64,000 nt of DNA. It comes from Oikopleura dioica. Its lineage: Eukaryota > Animalia > Chordata. Every line of letters begins with the position of its first letter. The first letter of the stretch is position 1. Below are positions 24,601 through 36,264 of the stretch, piece after piece. A program made the position numbers and the translations under genes. Where the stretch lies: the NCBI GenBank assembly GCA_907165135.1, contig OU015569.1:7316001-7380000 (forward strand), read 5' to 3'. The notes under the pieces were generated by a model, which saw only the letters and a program-made list of their open reading frames with translations, was not told the origin of the DNA and did no database searches.

Positions 24601-25682
24601 ATAATCGACCATTCCTATACTTCAATCATCGGTCGTTGACATTCACACGGCAGGACGCTCCATGCTCAAAAACTGCATTCATAACTCCAGTGAAACACTC
24701 CATGTTTTGAAGAAAGTTGGATTCCTAAAGATCGTAAAGAATGAATTCTGTAAGCGGTCGATTATAGTTTTTCATTTTCCTTATTCATCATTCACAAATC
24801 ATCTTATTTTGAAATGAGTAAATCTGTTAGACAAGAAAACGAAAGAAATTGTCAACTCGAATAGCTCTTCTTCTGGAAAATTATATATTTCTCGCTTGAA
24901 AGCGATTGTGCTTTTCTTTCAGATTAGAATGCATGCTCAAAATTGAATTTCTACCATGGCGCTTACTTGTTCAACATAGGTGTAAGAAGGACTTCTGAAG
25001 TCCGTGGAATCCTGGCTTGATTTTGAATTTTCTGATTTTTCGGATCTCTGGGAAGGAATTCTTTCCTCCGATGTTTTATTCTCTGTTTTTGGCTTTCTTT
25101 TCAAACCCGATTTTCTTCTTGAATTTCTTTTATTTCTTGTATTATGCTTATTTCCCATTTTGAAAAGTAAAAATAAAACTGCGATACCCGCTCTATATAG
25201 ACACAACTACAGACAAACCGACACAAAACGACACAAAACGACACAAAACATGGACCAAGAGCCAAAGAAAATCTTCCAAACCGTCGTCGATCATTTTGAG
25301 CGCAGCTCGGATAGAAATGCAGCGACGGCGCGAGTCACGCGCCGAGCGAGAAATCATTACTTTTTTCAGTCAATAAGCAAATTTTTTCTAGTTGATTAAT
25401 ATTTATTAACTCAGTCGCCGCTGTATTTTTAAGACCCTGAACTGTTTATATTTTATATTTAAGAAAGAAAAAAAAATAAGGGTTTCGCTATTTTTTGGTT
25501 GAAAGACGACCCCACTTTGACGCGATTTTCCCAAATTTTTTTCAAAAAAAATTTTTTTCTAGTTTTCGCCGCTGTATTTTTCAAAGGCATTTCTAGCCAC
25601 CTGACCAATCAGAATTTTTCTATCAAAGCGGGTTTTTCCGGAATTTTGGTTGAAAAAATCCCGATTCTCGTCGACCCCCCCC
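21617..25682 (-). mobile_element. Full-length Kolobok-type DNA transposon (4066 bp)
   Basis: TTAA (21613-21616) GGGGGGGGTCGACGA ... TCGTCGACCCCCCCC TTAA (25683-25686). Perfect 15-bp TIR and an internal spliced DDE transposase. Confidence 0.9.
22134..25158 (-). CDS. Multi-exon Kolobok/Mutator-like DDE transposase
   Basis: VEFMGDGFYL|PNRGHHSTGC (D ~24068); KLEGIAF..KIALDGD (D ~23533); RDK|AHLGKNF; HCIGDHSECIRDSYC; GITSFVESYHS (E ~22589); AIGTLIYN. Ends approximate, possible frameshift near 23665. Confidence 0.8.
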
Positions 25683-25776
25683 TTAAATTTTGAATAATAA
25701 AATCTATTCCTGAATTTGTTGCGTCGAGAAAAATACTACTCATGCTCTAGGATTAGAACTCGGGCATTAATCGAAA

Positions 25777-27649
<1,873 letters not shown>

Positions 27650-27890
27650 TTGCCGTAGCTGTCCACTGATTCGCTTCAGGAAATTCCAAAGAGCAGTTTT
27701 TAACTGCTATATTTTAATGTGTAAAATATCATTCATTCTCGAGCATAGCTTGTAATATATAGTCATGTAAACTAGGTCTATCAGCTCAAACGGAAAGCAT
27801 AGAAATGAACACTACGCCCCGTCGAAGTCGAATTCAGACCTCGTTTATGTACAGTTCTTTATCTTCAAATTCAAACCTTCTTTCCTTCAC

Positions 27891-27982
27891 CTATTCTGGG
27901 AGGGGCTTTCTACTAATATCCTCTTCATGTTCTTGGTTAGCATCCCAGTTCCCTAGTTCAAACATGTTCCGCAATTCTTCCT
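27891..27982 (-). CDS. Terminal exon of a small unidentified gene
   Basis: The acceptor tttcag is followed by EELRNMFELGNWDANQEHEEDISRKPLPE*. Upstream exons not resolved. Confidence 0.3.
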
Positions 27983-28413
27983 GAAACATAACCGAACCAA
28001 CACTATTATCATGACGTCAACATACGCATTTTCTCCCACGATTTCTTAGTAATCGAAACTGCTTAAGTTGACATTCATTTATATTGTAACTTTAAATATT
28101 ATTGCGGCTTACGCTCGCCAATTACCACATTACGCATGAATTAATCAAGGATAAACACTTTCATTTCGTACTTATCTTCAGCCTAGACTATGGCGCTAAA
28201 AGCTCAATCATCTTAATTCTTAGATGCTGGTCGTTTTAGAGCCAGTGTCTCTGTCCCTCATCCCCCTGATTTATTTTCCCTTTGGATGTTCAAATGTGAG
28301 ATTTCTAATATTCTTTAGCTTTTATGCCTTTCGTTCAAAATTATTTGAAAAAGTGACTTCCTGAAGTCAAATGAAAGATTGTTTTCAGAATTTATTTTAT
28401 CGGATTAGGCTAA

Positions 28414-29874
28414 ATGATCCGGGGTCTGTGGGGGAAGTTTTTTCCACCAGACCAGGACCCTGAGACGCCGAAAATCGATGCCACTCATCACCACGGACTC
28501 ATCAACTTCGGAAACACATGCTACTGCAATTCTGTTCTACAGGTAAATCGTCCTCATTAATCTCAAATTACTGAATTATTAGGCCTTATATTTCTGCGAG
28601 CCCTTCAGAGAACGAGTGCTGGAGTATCGGAAGCAGTCTAAGAAGACAGATGGCTCTCTGATTTGGTGCCTGGCGGATCTCTTTAATCAGCTCTCTGCAA
28701 AAAAGAAGAGGCAGCCGATTAAGCCGACAAAGTTCGTTCATATGCTCAAGAAAGAGAATGATGCCTTCGACAATGTACTCCAACACGATGCTCAAGAATT
28801 CCTCAATTTTCTTCTCAATCACATAGGCGATACGCTTAGGGATGAGATCGTTCGCACCCACAAAGTGAGCCACGCACAATCCGACAACGCGCATCAGCAT
28901 AACTCCCATTGCGACTATCAAGAAACTTGGGTCCACGAGCTCTTTGAGGTGCATTTCATATAAATATTTATATAATGTATGTTGGTGGTTTATCTAATAT
29001 TTCGAATAAATTGACATCTATTCTAGGGAGTGATGACTAATGTGACAAGATGTCTACGTTGCGAATCTGTGAATCAAAAGGATGAGCGATTTCTTGATTT
29101 ATCCGTCGACATTGAGCCCAATACATCTATTAATCACTGCCTTAAAAGTTTCAGTGCCACAGGTAAGCATAACGGAAACGTTGATTGGCCCACTAACGCA
29201 GCTTCAGAAACACTAAAAGGTGAACACAAATATTACTGTGAGGTGTGTTGTTCAAAGCAAGAAGCACACAAAAGTTTGGAAATCCGAAGCTTTCCGAAAG
29301 TTCTTGCCCTGCACCTCAAACGATTCCGCTTCGAGGACGGAGCACGCAGCCATATGACAAAACTGAGTTATAGGTAGACTCTTTGGATTGCATTGAAACT
29401 GATCCGACTTCTTTAGGGTTGTTTTTTCTAGACAATTACGCATTCCTTCTTCAAAATACTCGAAAGATGACGGAAGTACTATTTTGTACGAGCTTAACGC
29501 CGTTGTTGTACATTGTGGAAAAGAAATCAATCGAGGTCATTACATAACGCTCGTGAGGGCTCATCCTAACCACGATCAGTGGCTGGTGTTCGACGATGAA
29601 GAAGGTATGCGTTAAACTTTGATCCAATCGGGTAAACTGATTCTTAGTGGACTTTCTGCCGCAAGCGGAGTTGGAGACTTTCTTCGGTCTGACTGATTCC
29701 AGCGCCGGACGAGGCAACCTGGAGTCGGCCTACATTCTTTTTTACGAGCGCGTCAACGAAGAGGAGCGCGCCAAGAAAGAAAGTAAGCAGAACGCGGGCT
29801 CAGGCGACTCCTCGGCCAAATCAGCGAAAGAAGGGAAGAAGAACAAGAAGCAGCAGCAGCACTCATCTGATTAG
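28414..29874 (+). CDS. USP46: Ubiquitin-specific protease 12/46-like
   Basis: [16 protein letters not shown]|[13 protein letters not shown]; [13 protein letters not shown]; TWVHELF; [10 protein letters not shown]; [11 protein letters not shown]; GHYITLV..WLVFDDE; SAYILFY. USP12 and USP46 cannot be distinguished. Confidence 0.92.
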
Positions 29875-31072
29875 ACCCGCTCAATTGCTTCATTCTTTCC
29901 ATTCTCTTTTCATAGCATAATGATAATAATTTCGATATTATAAACTATGATATTTAAGTATTCTAATTAAGCTCATCAAGGCTTTGAAACATACACGTCC
30001 TATCCTCCTTGTATTCTTCACCCATCTTTTCGATTTAACTATATTTCCAGCGCCGTTGATTGATTTCCTTCCGTAGTGATAAGACACGAGCTCTAGATCG
30101 TTGGTAGGGGCGAAAATCCCCTTAGTAAAGAACACACTTACCAAATCCAAAATTCGCTTTCGCGCTGCTCTTTGCTCGATTTATCAAAAGAGCTGCATCT
30201 CTAATTAGCTCAATTTTTGTTTGAAAGTTAGTGAAAGTGAACAAACGGCTGTACAATCTTTCAGCTTAGCTCTAATTGGTCTTTATTTCCTCTAGAAGAT
30301 TATATCTTTCTTTTTCATTCTTTGGCATTCTGTTTTACGTTACATGGTTTAATTATGGCTCACCAGGAAATCTATTATTTGAAACACAGTAATCTAGCTT
30401 CAACTCTCCTTGCCTCTGATTTGTATATGCTTGAATAATTAAAGACTTTAGATCGGAGCAATTCCCATTCAAAACTGTTATTTCTCGCATGAGCCCTAAT
30501 TATCAAACTTATAAAGAACGACAAACATTGATTCTACAAATGTTTTCCTCTAGTTGATTACAGCTCACTGCTTTGCTGTATATAATTATTATTGATGTTT
30601 ATTTATATAAGCAAATTCATGATTAACTCAAGTTCAACAATACAAATATTCTGGTTAACCCCTATACTCGAAGTGGCATTCTGCCTACGATCCCACTAAT
30701 CCCTGATTAGTTGAGATCATGATCCGCGGTTTATTATTAGCGCTTATTTCCACGTAATCGACTAAAATTGTACACTTCGGGTATAGGGGTTGACCCCTAT
30801 AACCGCGAAAAATAAATTACTTCAATCAAAACGTTTTGATAATTTCAAAATTCGAAAAGAGTTTCTGTTTTGGAATGAGCTTTTATTGCAAAATCGCATG
30901 TGTCGTCGCAGGTGTGGCAAGCAGGGGAAAGAGAATCGAAATTTTCTTCAAAAATATCTTGCAAAAGAAAGAACGAAATCTTTGAAATCTTTTTTTTTTT
31001 CAAATTTATTGATTTTTTATGTTTGCAGATGATAGAAGAAGAAAGTTTCATCAGTGGGATGCTTTACGTGTG

Positions 31073-32161
31073 CTACTCGTGAATTCTGATCATTTCATCG
31101 ACATCGAAGTATGACCGGCAGTGAGGACAGTTACCATCGTAGCGTTCGCCTGCGAGAATTTGATCGAAGCAGGACCTGCAGGCAACATGGCCGCATCTAG
31201 TAAGGGCGTATTTACGCCTTGCAAAATTGTCGCCGTACTTCTCCAAGCAAACTCGGCAAATCGTAGTGCCTAAAATAAAACTATGATTGGCATTTTAAAA
31301 CGGTTATTACCTGAGCTCTCATCATCACCCTCGTCATCATCCCTGTTGGTGAGGGCGTGATATTCGTAAGACAGTTGCTTGTATCGCATGGACACCTTGT
31401 CCATCGCTAGATTTCTTTTCCTAAGCGTTTGTTCCGCGGTTCCCTGGGCTCTCTTTTTCTCTTCCAATTCTTTGTCAGTCTCTTGAATGCTCTTCAAGGT
31501 TTTCTCAACGAGCGATCTACGATTTGCTTGAAGACTCTCCAAGCTTTCAATCTTCTTTCTTATCTTCTCAGATTCCTCCTCCGCTTCTATTTTATCTCGC
31601 TTGGTTTCCTCTTTCATATTCTTGACAACATGCAGTTTTTTCTTCTGGGCTTAAAGATTTATGAGTATTTATAAATAGTAATTACTAGATCAGATAAAAT
31701 TTCGAATTATAAATTTCTACCTTTCTCATTCTCTGTTAACCATGTAGAAGCCTTCTCGCAGCAAGCTCCAACATAGAACTGCCAGAAGGTGATTCTCTCC
31801 GACTTGCAGCTTCCCTCAGTAGAGAATACTGGGCACTTGAACTCTGCATCGGAGTCTTCGAAATTTCCGTTTTGAGTAAGGAGATCGACGTGTGTCTTTT
31901 TGCGCAGGTTCTGCATAGTCTCCCGTTGTCAATTTTCATAGTCTCTTCAGGTACTCTGAAATGTTTAAAGTTAGAATTAAAACTTTCGCTCTATCAATCT
32001 TACCCATCGCACTCTGACCCGTCGCATTTTCCGAATTCTCCATAGGATGTTACGGAACCGGGATGAACCACCTCGAAGTCATCAGGCTTCTGAATTCTGA
32101 TCTTCTTTGGCGATGGTGCAGATTCGGGAGCATCTTCTAGAGTACGAGACCTGAGTTTCAT
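31073..32161 (-). CDS. Coiled-coil protein with C-terminal C3HC4 RING finger (putative E3 ligase)
   Basis: The last exon reads CRVCLEKYGDNFARRKYALTRCGHVACRSCFDQILAGERYDGNCPHCRSYFDVDEMIRIHE*. It is preceded by an E/K-rich coiled-coil exon (31270-31617). Start inferred (MKLRSRT..). Confidence 0.8.
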
Positions 32162-32515
32162 AATGAATTTCAATTTTTAAGGTTTTTGTTGTGACACGGA
32201 TTGTTTTTTCTGCCGATTCATTGGTCTGAAGGCGCATTTATACATGAGCCCTATCCAAAGGAGGGCGCCAGATGCTGAGAGTCCCAGCCTGAGACCTCCA
32301 ACCGAGCATCCAACCGGAGGTTAGTCGAATTTGCTGATGTTTTGATGATTATCTCTACCTCACATTTAACAAAAAAACTTATTCTTTTTCTAACTAAATG
32401 TTGTGTATTATATATAAGAAATCGTTTTTATTTTAATTTATATTATGTCAAGTTCTCTCGATGTTAATATACTAACCAGCTGAGATTATCTAGTATCTTA
32501 GATATCGTATACGAT

Positions 32516-32677
32516 GGAGGGGTCGACGAGTATTTTTTGTACTTATTGAGTTTCGCCATTTTCGTTTTATTCTTGAAACAATTTCTTTCTTCCTGAACAG
32601 TCAAAATTTTCCTATCTATTCAGAGTTTTACGCATTTTCGGTCACGGAAATCCCGATTCTCGTCGACCCTCCCCCCC
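32516..32677. mobile_element. Miniature derivative of the Kolobok element at 21617-25682
   Basis: GGAGGGGTCGACGAG ... CTCGTCGACCCTCCCCCCC. 32648-32669 (AAATCCCGATTCTCGTCGACCC) is identical to 25656-25677. The TSD is degraded. Confidence 0.7.
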
Positions 32678-33013
32678 TAAAGCCAGCGGGAAAATTCTCT
32701 CGATTCCTGAATCCCTTCCGGCTCTTCCTTATTCCTCTTTTCGTTCACTTTTTACTTAGATTTCTGTTCTCCAGCAGTGAATATTTAAGAAAAGACCTAT
32801 CGTAAATGTTATTTCTATCGATAGTTAAATTGGAATCAAGGAAGAAAGTCTGCTAGACGGCGCTTATCAGTGTGGTCCCAGTCTGAGTCATCAAGTCCCT
32901 TAATTATCCAATCGGGATAAAATTTTAATACGCAGGCGTAAACTGAACTTCAAAACATGGCTCTCACAGCTTGCGCTTTACCCGTGTTGTTCGTTTCACG
33001 GCCTCCATTTTTC

Positions 33014-33083
33014 TCTAGAACCGTCACGTGATGTTGTTAGGGACCGGGGTATATAAAGCTGTGATTCGCCGAATTTCATCATT
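33014..33083 (+). promoter_or_regulatory. Core promoter of the HSF-like gene
   Basis: TCTAGA at 33014-33019, CACGTG E-box at 33025-33030, TATATAAA at 33050-33057, and an Inr-like TCATT with its A at 33081 (31 nt from the TATA start). Confidence 0.55.
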
Positions 33084-33289
33084 AGAGAGAAAACAGAGAA
33101 AACGCTCACATCCCTTTCACATTTTTTTCGATTCTTGCTGCTTTACCTTAAAAACTTGAGGGCAGATGAATATTCATCAAATTTTGACAGAAAGTGCAGC
33201 TGTACATTACCTTTGCTGTTTAATTCCTGATTTCAAGAACCAAACTACAAAATTTAAAATATCTTCAGCAGTTAAGAGAACCACGAGTG

Positions 33290-35374
33290 ATGGCTGAAAG
33301 CGCCAAACGTATGTGGTCACCGGACGAGCTTGAACCAAGTCTTGGTGACTCCTTGGCTAAGAAGGTTTGCTTAGCTCCAGCGCTTGAGAACGACGCGGAT
33401 GCTCCAATTGAGATTCCGGTGGCTGCGACTGCTGAGGTCACGACTTCTGAAGTCTCTTCTCTTGAGGCCTCGACTCTTGATGACTCGATTGTTGATCTCT
33501 CGACTCCTGATGTCTCGACTGGGGACGGCTTCATTGCTGATGTCTCGACTAATGATGTCTCCACTGCTGAGGTCTCGACGGTTGAAATACCAAATGATGA
33601 TTCGAGCATGGATCTGACTATTGACTTGACTAAACCTCTTGACTTGTCTACTCGTCCTCCCCGACGAAAAGCTTCCATGGTTAACAAGCAGCAAAAAGTC
33701 GTGAAAAAGGTAATGCTGAGTTTTCTCTGAAACTGAGTCGTTTTTTAAACTAATTTTAATTAGTACCGCCCACCGCTCATCTTGTTCCCCAAGAGTCGAG
33801 CGGATCGAGGAAACAAAACTTCCACTCCGAAGGCTTCGCGATCTGAGCTGTCCAAGATGCGAGCCGAAGTAAAGAAGGCCCGAAGCGAGAAAAAGCCCGC
33901 CAAGAGAAGCGCCAAGAAGCCGGGCAAGGTGGAGGCCATCGTTGACATCTGCGGGGACGAACCTGTCGAGACTCTTATTATTGACTCGGATGATGATGAG
34001 TTGCCGCTAACTCAAAGCCTCCGAAGCTTGAGTATTCATGATCGTCAGCGTAAGTTTTAATGGGCCCATCTACCTCTAAACTTAATTTTAAGTCGTGATC
34101 CCGCAATTGATAATCATCGACTTCATGTGCCGACGGTCAAAATTAATGAAGATTGCCTTGGAAAACGCCCACCTAAATGGTCTTAACAATCTTCCCCTAA
34201 TGGGCAAAGAAGCGTTCACTAAAGTCCAGAAGTACGAAGATGTAATCAGTGCTCGCACTATCGATTTGACTATGGACTACTCGGCTGGTCCAGCAATCCT
34301 TGATAATGAGGTAAAACGAATTTTAACATCTCTTGAATTGGAAAATTATGTTTATTCAAAATAAAAAATTCCAGGAGCACGTCGAAATCATCGATAACCG
34401 CCCAGTAGTCCCCGTCGACTATCCCGCCGTCGTCGACTATCCCACTCCAGCCCTGATGCCAGTTATGGCCCCTATTCCGCCAAATGAATGTGGGGAAGTA
34501 TCAAATCTTCAATTCCCTAAAAAGATTTGGTACATCGTAAACAACCCATTCTATCACTGCATGTTCTGGTCGGGACGAGGGTGCGATGCTGATGTACGTG
34601 CCGAAAACGGCCACGGAGATGCACCAGGCTCCACAACATTTGTGGTATGTTTAAAACTAAAGAGAACACTTAATAAATGAGTTTAAGATCAACAAAAAAT
34701 GGGTCCTCCAGCCTGGACAGGTTCTGGATGTCAACAACCAGACCCTCTTCACGACATCAAACTATCAAAGTTTGATCCGTCAGTTGAATCTCTATGGATT
34801 CAGAAAAGTCAAGCGATCCGCTGAGGATCATACCTATGCGGTAACTCGTTTTAACCTTCAACTTCTTTAATTTTTTTTCAAGCAATTTCGGCGCAACATT
34901 TCAAGGATCGTTGATCCCCTGACTTCGAGGCCATCCCAAAGTGGTGAATTTGATGAATTCCGCCACACCTTTTTCCGTGAAAATCGCGAACATAAGGTTA
35001 AGGTAAGACTCGATGTAGAAAATAACAGCAAATTAAAAATAATGGTTAAGTTCATCAAGCGACAGAAGCCCTTCAAGCCAACCAAGTCCGTTTGCGACCC
35101 ACCAGTATTTACGAAGGGCTTCTCTCATAGCGCCGAGCCCGTTCGACGATCTTTGGCCCCGATTCCGATCTCGGATAAAGATTCCGAATGTGAGTCCGAC
35201 ACCTATTCCGACGACTACCAATTTGCCGACGATGAGGTCATCGATTTGGCTCGAATGGCCATGTCCGGCGAAACGGTTTACAATCCACTCGGCGACGGAA
35301 ACTTCGAAGAGACGGATGATGACAATGGTGATGACCCCGAAGCTGCGTTCGGCCCAAAAGGAGCTTCATCTTAA
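33290..35374 (+). CDS. HSF-family DNA-binding-domain protein (HSF5/HSFY-like, atypical)
   Basis: LQFPKKIWYIVNNPFYHCMFWS..|INKKWVL..LFTTSNYQSLIRQLNLYGFRKV..EFRHTFFRE..|FIKRQ is an HSF winged-helix DBD. It has a long acidic N-terminus with a PLDLS motif. Confidence 0.85.
33435..33590 (+). repeat. Coding 15-nt tandem repeat ([ED]VST-x pentapeptides)
   Basis: EVTTS EVSSL EASTL DDSIV DLSTP DVSTG DGFIA DVSTN DVSTA EVSTV. Confidence 0.8.
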
Positions 35375-35631
35375 AGATCTCCTTCGTTAGACTACGAATT
35401 CTACTTTTAGTAAAAGTCTTTTCATTTATCAAAGCTGCCACTTATCTTTCCATAATTCTTATTTCCGTAAATATTTCTGCAATTTCATATAACCAATAAA
35501 TATATTTTTATATTTACTCCGATTCAAAGCTCGTTGTGTTCTTAGAAGTATCCTTTGTTATTCACAGCTAGTTGTGCCTTTCGGCGTATTAACAGATTTC
35601 ATTAGATGAAATCAACAAGGACGAGTTTGGG

Positions 35632-35965
35632 CAGGGTTTGAAAAGTCACAAATTTTGACTGAGCATGAGCACGGCTGAGCAAGGAGAGCTCAAATTTTGG
35701 CTGAACCGTCAAGCCCCTTTAATTCAAAAATCTTGGAACGGGGCTGAGACGGCCCGAAAGAAGTAATATTTTTGAAAATAAAGAAAAGAAGAAAATTTTT
35801 GCTCAGACGTGCTCAGAGAATTTGAGCACGTATTTCAGAGACTCGTGAGCATGAGCACGGGAATGCTCAGATTTTATTGAGCTTGAGCACGACACGCTGG
35901 GATTTCCGTTGAGCTTGAGCACGCTGAGCATGCTCGGTGCTCATGCTCAGACTTTTCAAACCCTG
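35632..35965. mobile_element. hAT-type MITE
   Basis: Perfect 16-bp TIR CAGGGTTTGAAAAGTC / GACTTTTCAAACCCTG. Perfect 8-bp TSD AGTTTGGG (35624-35631, 35966-35973). Many subterminal TGAGCA repeats. Confidence 0.95.
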
Positions 35966-36264
35966 AGTTTGGGGTCACACTCTTTCCGTAAAATACAATT
36001 GAGAAGAGGCTTGAATGATTGGAATGAGAGGAAGTGATAGAACACGGACGTCATTTTTTGTACCAGAGCTCCTTTGCATATTTGATCGAGTCCAGTGAAT
36101 TATTGAGCACAACGGTTGAGCACTTCCTGCACTGTCTCTGTACTTGCGGCCATTAGAACTTTCGCGTCAAATTTGTGCATTGTTTAAGCGAACTTTGAAT
36201 GTTTTTGGGATGATTGTAATCTCAAAGAAACTACACGAGCCTACTTGAAGTTACAGAGACTCAA

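Noticed and set aside
21613-25686. piggyBac assignment based on the TTAA TSD
   Set aside because: The termini are GG..CC rather than CC..GG, and the transposase motifs (GDG, DGD, NES-like, H..H..C) are Kolobok/Mutator-like.
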